From Eledone cirrhosa (lineage: Eukaryota): a DNA stretch of 64,000 bases. How positions within the stretch are numbered: position 1 is the stretch's first letter; every line of letters starts with the position of its first letter. Position numbers and translations under genes: made by a program. The notes beneath the pieces were generated by a model that saw nothing but the letters and a program-made list of their open reading frames with translations, had not been told where the DNA came from and ran no database searches. Where the stretch lies: NCBI GenBank assembly GCA_964016885.1, contig OZ024740.1, forward strand, positions 374,666,001 to 374,730,000, read 5' to 3'. Positions 27,334 to 39,794 of this stretch are shown here, piece by piece.

Positions 27334-30230
27334 ATACTTTGGGAGGGTCATGTTGCCAATAAGAAACACACGCACCAGGTGCTTTCACTTCAATTTATTA
27401 TAATCAATTTATAATAAATTTATAAATTTATAAATTTCTGGTTGGTTGGTTCCACAACCAGATAGTTGTTTATATATAGTCATAGTTCTTTCGTCACACA
27501 CTCTGTGACCTCTTCAGTGACTGGGGATTCTTTCTTTGTTTCTGTGCCTCTCCTTTGTTCTGTCCTACGCCATTTTGTTTCTGTGTGTGTGTTGTGTGCT
27601 CAGTCTGCGCAGGCGCCACATCCGGGTGTCTGTGTGTGTTTATGTTCATTTATTTATTTGTTTATTTACATGTTGTTGGTTGGTTGTTTGTTCTATGTGT
27701 GTGTGTGTTTTCATTTTGTCCTTAATTGTAAGTTGTGATGTTGCTGTTCCACTCATATTTTCTATTTAATTTTGGTTGTAATTCTTTTATGTTTATTGCC
27801 TCTCTAATTTGTCTAAACATTGCGTCTTTTCTGTGTGTAGATTCTATTTTATTTCTATGTTCTCTAATTTACCCTTGTGTTCTATTTTAGCATGTTGGTA
27901 GAGTACAGATGATTCTTTATTATCTTGAAGGTCTCGCCAGTGTTCATTTATCCATTCCCCTACACTACGAGCTGTCTCACCTATGTACACTATATTTTTT
28001 CTCTACATTGTCCTTCAGTACATCTTATGCTATACACTACATTTCTAGTTTTACAGTTAATATGGGGGCTTATTTTACAGGTTATACATTTCTTGCCTAT
28101 ACATGAGGGTCTTTGAAAAGGGTATGTCTTGCTAATAAGTGTTTTTTTACGGAGGTACCTGGTCTTTCTACTATCTTAATATTGAGTTTATGTTTATTTA
28201 GGGCCCTTCTAAATTTGTAAGCTAATTCACCTCTAGGGGTTGTATCGATGAACATTACACTCTGGTATTTATTGCTATCATACCATGAGTTTATTCTATT
28301 AGCCTTGTTCCTAGTTCTTTCTATTTTATTCCAAAATTTGCTTCTATACAAGGGGGGGGGTCCCATTTATGTCATTATTTACCATTTTTTCCCATTTGGT
28401 TCTGGCTCCTCTGATTTCATCTCTCTGATTGTAGCCAGAGAACTGCATACGGTGGATGAAGTGTTGTATGTGTCTCTTTAGTTCTTCGGGGTTGCACATG
28501 CGGGACACATTTCTCATCACCCGTACCAAATCCGCAATCAGTATGTTGATTTTGGTATGGTCCGAAACGGCCGATTTTCGGTGGATCAGATGTTTGGAAA
28601 TCATGGGTTTGGCATAATGGGAATGGAGGATTTGTTTTTTGTTGTTAATGGTATCTAACCAGAGCTCTGTGTCTAGTACAGGTTATCGATGGTTGGGGTG
28701 TTTACTTAGGTAGTCTATAGTAACTCTAATGCTCTGGTGGATGGAGTTTGCTATTTGCTGGATGCTTTCCATTGTGTTTTTCTCTAGTTTCTGACTGTTC
28801 TCTAGTGGGGGTGTATTAACTACGATGTTTATATCATCTACGTAGCGGGAGTACATTATCAGGGTTAAGGGGTCTTCTAATTGTTCTTTATGTTTAAGTT
28901 TAAGTCTACTGTCCCACATACCATGAATAAGTTAGCTATGTCGCCTGCAATGCTAGCACCAATGGCTGCTCCTTCCTCTTGGGCATATGTTTTTCAATTA
29001 AATTTGAACATATGTTCCTTAAGGGTTAGTTTTATGCTGGCCCCTACCGCATGTGCAATCATTTTCTTCAGTTCATCGTGGTTTTCGGGTGTCCGTATGG
29101 CTCTGGTCCACCCGTTCCATCTATCTGTGTGGGTTTTCTTGGCCATTGAGGTAATGGTAGGTGGTCTGTCTCTTGCTGGTCTGTAGGGCACAGGTTGCTA
29201 AGGTCATATGTGTCTAGGTAATTATTACTATAGCTAAGCTTAAGTAGGAATCCCAGCTTACTGGTATCAATCCCACGGAACTCAACATTGCTCTCAGTGA
29301 TCATTTCTAAGCATTTCTCCCCAGCAAAATCCACGTCAATAGATGGATACAGGGACAACATCCATACTGCCTATTATGCAGTTTGTTAAGTCCCCAGATC
29401 GGTTACTCACGCCGATTCTGCTGAGGATGTCCTCCGTGCTGTCACATACATCTGGGGACATTTCAATGATGGGGCGTATGCTCAGGGAGAGGAAGTAGGA
29501 CATTCTGTAGTTACTAGCAATGTTAGCTCCACACACTGGCCGTGTTGGTGGTCCCGCGACAGGGTCATAGCCCGTTTTATGGTCTTTTCGAAGCCCATAC
29601 AGCGCCGGCACGTCATTGTTCCAGGCCTGGAAGTTGTTGGCAGTCCTTTTGTTGTCTGTATTATATTCGTCCACATCACCATATGGGCATTGAGGGCTTT
29701 TTCTCTATCCTCATGCTCCTGTGGTGTTACCTCTCTTGTGTTAGTGATCTGGGGTTGCATTGCCTGGATGTAGTTTGGCAGGCTGTCAACCGACATTCTG
29801 CCAGACTTGTCTGTTGGAAAGCATGCTATCTCTCCATTACGTGAGCGCTGCATGAGCTTACGCAAGCCATTTGCAGATTTTTCTCCCAGTTGCTGGGCCT
29901 TCATTCTATTATGATTCTTGCTATACTGTTCTATAATATTTCTAAGTTCGTATCTAGCTATACTAAATTGTGCTTGTTTGTTCATCGACCTGCGACGGCA
30001 ATTGCGTGCGTTTGTTAAATGGTAAAGTCGTGGCGTGGACTCGTCGCAGGTCGAATGATTTATCGGAGGGATTATAAAACGTAGAGTTCCAGGCTGCTGC
30101 TTTATGTGTACTAGTGCTATTGTTATTGTTAGTTGTGTTGTTTCTATTTCTATTTCCACCAACAGCCTCATGGTTGTTTCTATGTCTCTCACAATTACTC
30201 CTGTCTCTTTCCACTGGCTCATTGTTGTTA
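27330..30230 (-). mobile_element. Near full-length frameshifted PLE (RT + GIY-YIG; Nematis-like, tentative)
   Basis: Collinear minus-strand ORF pieces: FPTDKSG (29482..30222), LYGLRKDHK/RPVCGA/GSMDV (29336..29674), SLYPSID, SRYVDD (28683..28919), then thumb and linker pieces homologous to ORF 51506..52609. Confidence 0.92.
27478..27522 (-). ncRNA. Minimal PLE-type hammerhead in the 3' pLTR
   Basis: Reverse complement: agtca|ctgaaga g|gtcac agagtgt gtgac|gaaa g aa c ta|tgact; 5-bp stems I and II, vestigial stem III; same strand as the PLE ORF. Confidence 0.85.
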
Positions 30231-30589
30231 TCTACCCTATTTTGTGTGTCTGTGTGTTCGTCTTGGTTATTCTCTTTGTCCTTAGTCTCCCTTCTCTTTT
30301 TAATCCTATTACTTTCCCTTATTTCTGTGATATCTGTGCTACTGTCATTACTTGTTTTCTGTGTCTGTGTGTTTGTTAAGATTGTGGTGGTGGTGAGAGG
30401 CATTGAATGTGTGTGTGTTGTTGTTGATGAGTGCTGTTGTTGATGTGTGTTGTTGTTGTCTCCGTGTGTGTTATTGTTGTTGTGTGTGTTGTTATTGTTG
30501 TTTGTGTCTGCGTGTCTGTTGTTGTTGTTTCTGGGTATGTTATTATTGTTGTTGTTGGTGTGTGTGTTGTTGTTATTGTTGTTTGTGAA

Positions 30590-31310
30590 AATTTTAGTAA
30601 GTAAGTTAATTTTTTAAATTTTTTAAAAATGTTCTTATTTTGCGTCTTTCATATTATTGTTCTGCATCGTCCTGCATTGAACCACCTAGGTACTATGACA
30701 TAACGTATGTATTTGCTAGCATTAATGTACATCTGTACGCATATGTTAGTAGATATACTAAATTCTCTATATTTATCTCCAAATTATTTATTTGTTGAGC
30801 AAAACTGCCAAAACCACTACTAATTCACTGGTGTGGTAGTAGGCTTCTGTCATCTTACCATCCCACTCCTTCCGACTAGCCTCAGTGTCACGTGATTGAT
30901 TCTTTAGAATCTGCCATTTGACCAGAGACAGCGAGCTTTTCAGTGCATGGAATCTAGTCCCCGCTAGCTGTTCCATCTACCGAATTATTATTATTTTTAT
31001 ATGAGTCCCCAGTGTCCGCGCATTGCCTGGAGACTTAGCTGAGAATAGACTCCCTGATGACGTAATGAATTCTCGACGGTTATATTACGTAACTGTCTTT
31101 ATCCCGTTACAGAAACTAATTAGTTGGAGTGAACATTTTAGTAAGTAAGTTAATTTTTTTAATTTTTTTTAAAATTTTCTTATTTTACGTCTTTCATATT
31201 ATTGTTCTGCATCCTCCTGCATTGAACCACCTAGGTACTATGACATAACTTATGTATTTGCTAGCATTAGTGTACATCTGTACGCATATGTTAGTAGATA
31301 TACTAAATTC
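30590..31310. repeat. Direct repeat of ~180 bp, period ~543 bp
   Basis: ttttagtaagtaagttaatttttt...gatatactaaattctct at ~30592-30767 and ~31136-31313. Confidence 0.9.
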
Positions 31311-31328
31311 TCTCTCTCTCTGTCTCTG

Positions 31329-31410
<82 letters not shown>

Positions 31411-31544
31411 GATGTATACATGAATGTATGTATAGTATATTTGGCAATATACCGTATGTTTAATTAAAAACATTTAGAAGACCATACCCAATCGATTTTA
31501 AAGTAGTGACTATGATACTTTTTTGCAGCGAAAGATGGAAGAGA

Positions 31545-31588
31545 AGCTAACAGTGTGTTTCATGTTGGTTGGCGATCATCAGCGCCAC
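31545..31588 (-). ncRNA. Hammerhead motif (decayed) in the inverted unit
   Basis: Reverse complement: ggcg|ctgatga|tcgccaaccaacat|gaaac acact gtt|agct. Confidence 0.6.
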
Positions 31589-31699
31589 ACACCCTCTGCT
31601 CCGCCGAAAATCATAGAAGCTGGATTCTTATAGAATTCCAGTAATAATCAGGAGCTGATTATACAGAGTGATTGCCGGTCCCGAAAGCAGGGGGTGCGT

Positions 31700-31742
31700 G
31701 GCTCTGATGATCGCCAACCAGCGTGAAACAGATTGTAAGATT
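31700..31742 (+). ncRNA. Hammerhead motif, unit 1
   Basis: ggct|ctgatga|t cgc caacca gcg t|gaaac agatt gta|agat. Confidence 0.72.
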
Positions 31743-32013
31743 ATCTCCCTTCTTTCGCCGTAAAGTAATAAGTATCATAGTCACTATTTTAAAACCCATA
31801 GCATATGGTCTTCTAAATGTGTTTAATTAAACATACGCTATATTGCCAAATATACTATACATACATTCATGTATACATCGCTATTTCAGGTCACCAATCC
31901 TAATACCTAGTTTTACTGGACCGTCAATCGCTCTGCATAATCAGCTCCTGATTATTACTGGAATTCTATAAGGATCCAGCTTCTATAATCTTCGGGGGAA
32001 GCAGGGAGTGCGT

Positions 32014-32055
32014 GGCTCTGATGATCGTCAACCAGCGTGAAACAGACTGTTAGCT
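32014..32055 (+). ncRNA. Hammerhead motif, unit 2
   Basis: ggct|ctgatga|t cgt caacca gcg t|gaaac agact gtt|agct; near-palindromic stem III acagactgt. Confidence 0.75.
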
Positions 32056-32327
32056 TATCTCCCTTCTTTCTCTGAAAAGAAGTAAGTGACACAATCACTA
32101 CTTTAAAAGCGATAGCATATCGTCTTCTGAATGTTTTTAATTAAACATACGCTATATTGCCAAATATACTATACATACATTCATGTATACATCGCTATTT
32201 CAGGTCACCAATCCTAATACCTAGTTTTACTGGACCGTCAATCGCTCTGCATAATCAGCTCCTGATTATTACTGGAATTCTATAAGGATCCAGCTTCTAT
32301 AATCTTCGGGGGAAGCAGGGAGTGCGT

Positions 32328-32369
32328 GGCTCTGATGATCGTCAACCAGCGTGAAACAGACTGTTAGCT
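32328..32369 (+). ncRNA. Hammerhead motif, unit 3
   Basis: Identical to unit 2. Confidence 0.75.
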
Positions 32370-33004
32370 TATCTCCCTTCTTTCTCTGAAAAGAAGTAAG
32401 TGACACAATCACTACTTTAAAAGCGATAGCATATCGTCTTCTGAATGTTTTTAATTAAACATACGATATATTGCCAAATATACTATACATACATATATTC
32501 GCTGAAACGTAATTTCGAAACAACACGTCGAACTATGAAACATATTCAAGAACCAGCCTTACAAACCTTAAAGATATATACACCCATTGCAAAATGCTTT
32601 AAAACTCTTTTTTAACAAAGACATTAGAGTGTTTAAGACGAATTTTGCAAGCGACAAATAAACTTACCAGTGATCATTCTCTCTCTATCTCTGTCTCTGA
32701 CCCTCTCTCACTCTCTCCCGCTCATTCTCCATTTCGTTTTCTCTCTCTCTCCCTCTCTCCCTCTCTCTCTCTCTCTCTCTCCTCTCTCCCTCTCTCTCTC
32801 TCTCTTTCTCCCTTTCTCTCTCCCTCTCTCTCTATATATATAAACATATTTCTGTGCATGCGTACGTGCGTGATTGTGTGCGTTTGTATGTGTGTGTGAT
32901 TGTGTATATGTATGTATGATTGTATGTTTGCACACACACACATATGTATATATATATATATATATATATAAATGTTCGCTCTACATGGCTGAATACAATA
33001 AATG

Positions 33005-33502
33005 CAATCTGAGTTTTTCGAATATTAATAATAACATTCGATTCGTTTGCAATTATGCAAACAAGCCCCATTTTTAACTCTTTGTCAGTAGAATGAGCCC
33101 CTCATTCTTGCTCTTGTGTTGGCATGTAAACAGAATTGCGGACACTAATGTTTGTGGGTATCACCCTTCATCAGTACAGTTCGCTGTTCGCCTGCCAACT
33201 GTCAGAGCTATTGAAAATATATGCTAATATTTTCTAAAATATACTGTAACTGACTGGCACGATTTGCATATTAGCAGACTGGGTGATAAGTCAGATCTGC
33301 ATATTAGCAGCTCCTCTGATCAGCCAGATTTGCATATCAGCAGTCTGGCCAGTCAGTTTCCTGTATACGAGCAATAAATAGCCGGCTTTGGCACACGAGC
33401 AAGAATGAGGGGCTCATTCTACTGAGATAGCGCTAAAAATGAGGCTTGTTTGCATAATTGCAAACGAATCGAATTATATTAATATTCGAAAAACTCAGAT
33501 TA
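33005..33502. mobile_element. Inverted-repeat element (~120-bp arms) with a decayed minus-strand HHR at 33136-33178
   Basis: Arms aatctgagtttttcgaatattaata...ctcattcttgctc / gagcaagaatgag...tattaatattcgaaaaactcagatt. HHR reverse complement: ctgatga|a gggt gat accc a|caaac attagt gtc (G12C). Confidence 0.75.
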
Positions 33503-33503
33503 C

Positions 33504-33541
<38 letters not shown>

Positions 33542-33554
33542 AAATGGGGAGAAG

Positions 33555-33597
<43 letters not shown>

Positions 33598-33684
33598 TGT
33601 AGGAGGTGAGTTTTATTGTAGCACAATAAAGCAATGCAAATATCGGATAAGTAGCACTGAACAGTTTATAGGAATGAAGTATAA

Positions 33685-33942
<258 letters not shown>

Positions 33943-36462
33943 GCCTACAGGAATGTGTGTATATAATCATGCATTTATGCATATATCTAAGTATGTATGA
34001 GACAGAAGGACGAGAGGTTGAGAGAGTGAGAAAATGAAAGTAAGCGAGAGAGAGAACTGTGATAAAGTGATAAATCATAACTGAAACGTCAACAGTATTA
34101 CTTAAGGAAACACACAGAACTGTATGCGTGTGTATAAGCTGTGATGTATTAAAGAGAAACGGATTATGTTAGTAATTAGACGGGTATTGACACAGTCATA
34201 CATTTACATGCATACAAACAAATACAAGCGCATCAACTCTCTCTCTCTATCTCTCTCTTTCTATCTCTCTCATCTCTCTCTCACTTTCTCTCTCCCCCTC
34301 TCTCTCTCTCGCTCTCTCTCTCTATCTCCCTTACGCACACACATAAAAGTGGGGAATCCTAAAGAAAATTAGGGATTAACAATAACTATATACTGTTACA
34401 TTTAAAAACTGATTTGCCACTATACAGAAAGATGCTATTAGTTATACCAGCATCCTATTACAGCTAATAAAATGGCTGGATGACCACTAATAACACTGGA
34501 TGATTGTTGACTTAGAAAGGGTTTCAACTAATCCAATGTTTTATTTGCAGGAAGAATAAAATGCCACAATAGATTTCAATGTCACAAGTAAATTCTAAAG
34601 AAGGTCATACGCTTGAATTGCAAACCAACAAAGCTTTTTTCAACGAATTGTATGATATTATAGAGGAACCTTATTGGTTGCATGAATGACCAAATTTAAG
34701 AGGTTGAAGACAAATAGAAGCATGATGATAGCTAGAATCTGATCAAATATATATGAGGAAGAGACTTTTTTGTCAACATCTTGGAATATGAGGAGACAAC
34801 CTTTTTGTCAACTGCTTGGAAACATCTCTTCTTGTTTAAGATGAACTTGAGAGACCCATCTTGTATTTATAAATATTAATCATTCGACATAGATGAACTC
34901 AAATTCTTCAAAGTCTAAACAATGGACTTCAAATGAATGTAATGGCACTATTCTACAACATATTTAAACATAAATGAAGTCAGATATGATTTTACAAATC
35001 TACAATACCTCGATAACTATCAGATCGATATGTTTTCTAGGGATATTGAAATAACAAAATAATAGTAGAACCGTTACCCCTATTAAATCTGAGCTATCTA
35101 AGGGAGGAAATTAATTTCTTATAATATTTAAGAGAGTTTAGAGAAAATGATTCACATAATATTTCATCTATGCCAAAAGAGAAAAAAAACCTGATGCAGC
35201 ACATAAACTCTAACAGAAGAATCTCCTTCACAGTTGTTATGAATATGTAAATCGGCTGCAGGTGCTGAACGTTATACAAACAATGAGACGTTAGCTATCA
35301 CACGAAAAATCCAGTATAGGAAATTAAACCACAGCATTGCATTCTATTACTAATTAGGGCTATATAAAACTAATACTATGTGTGTGTGTGTGAGAGAATA
35401 GGAGAAAGGGAGATACAAAGAGCGATATGTAAACGAGTATTAGGATAAATAATTTGGTGATATAAACAAACAAATAATGTCAACATATTTGAGTGAAAAT
35501 AACTTTATCTATTCCATTTCAATATTTCTAATATGAGCCGCATCATAGTTGTTCGTTGCATTGACTTGACACAAGGCATAGTAAGGTGCTCTCGAACGTA
35601 ACATTAGAAATGTCCAAAAAGAAATGTTTACAGCGCACAACAACCCATTGTAAAACGTTCAAATAGCCTCGGTCTATGAAGATAGAGGAAAGAAAGCAAA
35701 TGCCAATGGACAATGGAATAAAGTAGTTATTAAAGATTGTAGAAAACGTTTTAAGTTAAGAATAAACCAGGTCTGTACATTTGCAACATAATATGGCTAG
35801 AAACACATGTAATCAATCAGACCCAAGGAATCCAGATTCACCCAATTGATATTATAATCAATAAGTTAAAGGCATATGGGAAAATTCAAATACTGCATAT
35901 GAGGACCTTTCTGAATATAATTCACGAATTAGAATAAAAAGAGAAGTATTTTCCCGTGACAAGATATCTAACCTGAAATTGATACGCTTGTATATTTGTA
36001 TGCATATCATTCAATAGATGTCCTATTCTTTATTATGTAGAACATGACGCATTTGATTACTTAATATTATGGATGAATGAACATATCTCAGAGGGTATTG
36101 TGCATAATAAAGACAAACATGTTTCACACATAAAGTATAGACATGTTAAAACGTATATCAACAAAGAGTGTCCTATCAATTAGCAGGCACAGTTCCCGCT
36201 ATCTCATGCGTAGAATCTGGTAATAGATATCAAGTGAGATCACCTGCACGTAATCAGTTATTCATATTTCAAATCAAGAAAGACAACGCGAATTTCAGTG
36301 AAATTGATGTTTAAAATTGTGTGGAGTAAGCCATGTACATGTTTCTGTTCTCGTAAATCTCATTAGCTGATCATATTCCATTCGTGTGGAAAGATTAAGA
36401 TTAACCAATATATCATTTTTAGTTTTTAATTATCATTAATAATTTGTAATTGTAAAACTCAA

Positions 36463-36506
36463 CATTTGATATGATTACTTTGAATAATACATCGAAACCG
36501 GTAATA
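36463..36506 (+). ncRNA. Decayed hammerhead, U3-A8 type
   Basis: caacat|ttgatat|gat...atc|gaaac cg gta|at; same flanking context as 56516-56561. Confidence 0.55.
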
Positions 36507-36719
36507 CTTTATATACTTTATATACATTATAAAACTATTTTTTAAAAGAATTTCTCCATCCTATTTTTTCAATAATCATATCACTTTGACGAATCAAAGA
36601 AAGGAAAACATAGAAAAACAAACCCTAAACTATATTTTCCGTGTTATTTCCAACTTCACCTTTTCTCTCTCTCTCACTCTCACACACACACACACACACA
36701 CACTCTCTCTCTCTCTCTC

Positions 36720-36768
<49 letters not shown>

Positions 36769-36859
36769 CGAAGGAAATGTGGTAAGGAACCAGGTGGACC
36801 ATAACGCACCAAAGTACTCAATGCTTAGGGTAGTAGAGTGGGTAATAGGAACCAGTAAG

Positions 36860-36953
36860 ACCCCGACGACTGAGCTCAAGCCGTTTCGACGGCTAATTCT
36901 GGACTAAATGAAAATTTATCCCGGTATTTAAATAGCCGAGCTTCTCAAGGGGT
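36860..36953 (-). ncRNA. Hammerhead, U3-A8 variant with long stem II (inverted pLTR)
   Basis: Reverse complement: acccc|ttgagaa|g ct cggcta...tagccg t c|gaaac ggc ttgagctca gtc gtc|ggggt. Confidence 0.8.
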
Positions 36954-37718
36954 AATTCCATATAAAGTGATTGTCACAAGGATTGGTCACAAGTTAGTAG
37001 TAATTCTGTGATAGCAAATTAGTGGGGGAAGGGGTAGCTAAACCTGCCAGTAGGAGAAACAGGGGAGGGGATGGAGTAGACCCATTCATGCGTTGGTGGT
37101 GCCGGCTACAGCTGGGCGTGAGGTCAAAGAAGATACTAGGGAAGGGAAGGGGGAGGAAGTCGAAACGGTAAGTAGAACAATGGAGGGTAAAAATATACTG
37201 AGAGTGAAGCGAATAAATGTAAAGAAAAAAAATAAATAAGCAATTTCTACGACCTAAGTCTCTCGCTATTGCTAGGCTAAATAAATAAATAAATAAATGA
37301 ATAATTAGATAAATAAAAAAAAATAAATAATTAAACTAGGTGGGACGGAATAGGAATGGACCCTTTTAATAGGTATAAGTACGTATATCATGCAGTGACG
37401 GGTCAACAAAGGGAGGCCAAAATACTAAAGAAACTACCACGAAATAATTAATAAAGGTTTCTACCCCGGGAACAAGGCCAGCAACCACCCAGTGCAGAAA
37501 AGTAAACTAGTACGAAATAATAATTCAGAGTCCCGAAAAAAATATACTAATGCTAACGCTACAAAAGTTCTTATACAAGCTACATGAAAGTTCGTACGAA
37601 GTAAAAATAGAATACGGAAAATTAATTCAGAATCCACCCCGCCACCATTAGCGGAACCAGCAGGCGACACCGCCGCTCACGCAATGTAACATGGTTCAAT
37701 CCTCCCCACAACGCAGAG

Positions 37719-38390
37719 GTGACAACTCCCATCGGGAAAATATTCTTTAGGCTCATTGAAAAACACTTCCCACTACAACACCGCTACCACAACATAATTA
37801 ACAAACACACCATCAAACTCTCTTACAGCACTACACCAAACTTCGCACAAAACATCGTCTCCTCCAACAAAAAAAAACTCAACCCCGATGGAAGAAATAA
37901 CCTAAATAGCAGTGGAGAGCAGACCGGTAGGTGCAACTGTCCTGATAGATCCATTTGCCCCCTCGACAACAGATGCAGAGACCGTAATGTGATCTACCAG
38001 TGCAACGTGAGGACGGACACCTCCAACAAAGCTTATATAGGATTAACCGCATGTGACTTCAAGACCCAGCTCTACCAACACAGACGTACCTTCCAAAACC
38101 CGTCCCGGCGTCACGCCACTACACTTTCGGGCCACATATGGGACCTCAAGGACAACAACATCACCTATGATCTCACTTGGAGATTACTGTCCAGAGCGAA
38201 CTCTTACACGGGAGGACGCCGTCCTTGCAATTTATGCACGGAGGAAACTTTACAAATGCTGTTTTCAACGGACCAACTTCTAAACAAGAAAGATGAGCTG
38301 GTTACTGCATGTAAACACAGATTGCGTAGGACTTACCTCGCCCTCAAACCCCATAAAGACCCGGGGTGGGGGGGTAGACTAGGGCTATAA
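37719..38390 (+). CDS. PLE linker + GIY-YIG endonuclease, open frame of the 5'-truncated copy
   Basis: 223 aa; CNC..CPL..C linker, NVIYQC..KAYIGLT, CNLCTEE, LLNKK. Confidence 0.8.
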   Translation: MTTPIGKIFFRLIEKHFPLQHRYHNIINKHTIKLSYSTTPNFAQNIVSSNKKKLNPDGRNNLNSSGEQTGRCNCPDRSICPLDNRCRDRNVIYQCNVRTDTSNKAYIGLTACDFKTQLYQHRRTFQNPSRRHATTLSGHIWDLKDNNITYDLTWRLLSRANSYTGGRRPCNLCTEETLQMLFSTDQLLNKKDELVTACKHRLRRTYLALKPHKDPGWGGRLGL

Positions 38391-39148
38391 CTCCCCTCTA
38401 GCCGATTTTGTAATGGGTAACCCCTGCTTGCCAAGGGAGACGTAAGATCTTATTTTATATTCTTTTATCGCTTCCTCTATATTTCCTTCTTCCCCCATCC
38501 CTCCCTAGTCCTTCTACCCCAGTTCTTTTTCTTTGTCGGCGTCTTTTTCTCGCCCACCCGACGTAGCCCCTCGGCCCCTTGTAGCCTCAGTACCGCCACC
38601 CCCTCCCCTAGTCTATGTTAGATTTGGAGGACTCCGCTTTCTATAGCAGTTGTGTTAGACCTCGGATACTTGCCCCCTTATCCGATGCTCCCCCTTTTTT
38701 CCGTGCCTTCTATATTGCTTAGTGGCATCTCTACTTTATTTCTCGTTTATTCAGTTTTTCTTTCTTCTTTTTTCTTTTAGACGGGGTGGATTCTGAATTA
38801 ATTTTCCGTATTCTACTTTTACTTCGTACGAACTTTCATGTAGCTTGTATAAGAACTTTTGTAGCGTGGCGGTACCCTTAGAGTTAGCATTAGTATATTT
38901 GTTTCGGGAGTCTGAATTATTATTTCGTACTAGTTCACTTTTCTGCACTGGGTGGTTGCTGGCCTTGTGCCCGGGGTAGAAATCTTTATTAATTATTTCG
39001 TGGTAGTTTCTTTAGTATTTTGGCCCCCCTTTGTTGACCCGTCACTGTATGATATACGTACTTATACCTATTAAAAGGGTCCATTCCTATTCCGTCCCAC
39101 CTAGTTTATTTATTTATTATTTTTTTATTTATTTATCTAATTATTCAT

Positions 39149-39183
<35 letters not shown>

Positions 39184-39515
39184 GCCGAGCAATAGCGAGA
39201 GACTTAGGTCGTAGAAATTGCTTATTTTTTTCTTTTTTTTCTTTACATTTATTCGCTTCACTCTCAGTATATTTTTACCCTTTATTGTTCTACTTACCGT
39301 TTCGACTTCCTCCCCCTCCCCTCCCTAGTTTCTTCTTTGACGTCACGCCCAGCTGTAGCCGGCCCCACCAACGCATGAATGGGTCTACTCCACCCCTTCC
39401 CCTTTTTCTCCTACTGGCAGGTTTAGCTACCCCTTCCCCACTAATTTTCCATCACAGAATTACTACTAACTTGTGATCAATCCTTGTGACAATCACTTTG
39501 ACCATATATGGAATT

Positions 39516-39609
39516 ACCCCTTGAGAAGCTCGGCTATTTAAATACCAGGATAAATTTTCATTTAGTCCAGAATTAGCCGTAGAAACGGCTTGAGCTCAGC
39601 CGTCGGGGT
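39516..39609 (+). ncRNA. Hammerhead, U3-A8 variant with long stem II (internal pLTR)
   Basis: acccc|ttgagaa|gctcggcta...tagccgta|gaaac ggc ttgagctca gcc gtc|ggggt; about 190 nt upstream of the ATG at 39795. Confidence 0.8.
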
Positions 39610-39794
39610 CTTACTGGTTCCTATTACCCACTCTACTACCCTAAGCATTGAGTATTTTGGTGCGTTATGGTCCACCTGGTACCTTACCACATTTCCTTCG
39701 TTATCTAGCTCTTATTCCCGTAGTAGAGCACTTTCCGACCCTACCACGCCGTATCCAGATTTTTCCGCTAAGCTCAATTTCTTTCACCCGCACA

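Larger units (their letters stand above)
31410..32495. mobile_element. Retrozyme-like array: inverted partial unit (31410-31680) followed by ~2.6 tandem 314-bp units, one HHR each
   Basis: ctgatga cores at 31704, 32018 and 32332 (exactly 314 apart), plus an inverted copy at 31545-31588. No ORF. Confidence 0.88.

Noticed and set aside
30230-30590. Asn/Thr/Gln-rich ORFs upstream of the minus-strand PLE as a separate gene
   Set aside because: Low-complexity (TGT/GT)n DNA; at most the PLE's N-terminal low-complexity region.
34535-34600. Possible splice acceptor and mini-exon (ttttatttgcag...gtaaat); similar at 8205-8220
   Set aside because: Such signals are frequent by chance in AT-rich DNA and cannot be supported without transcripts.
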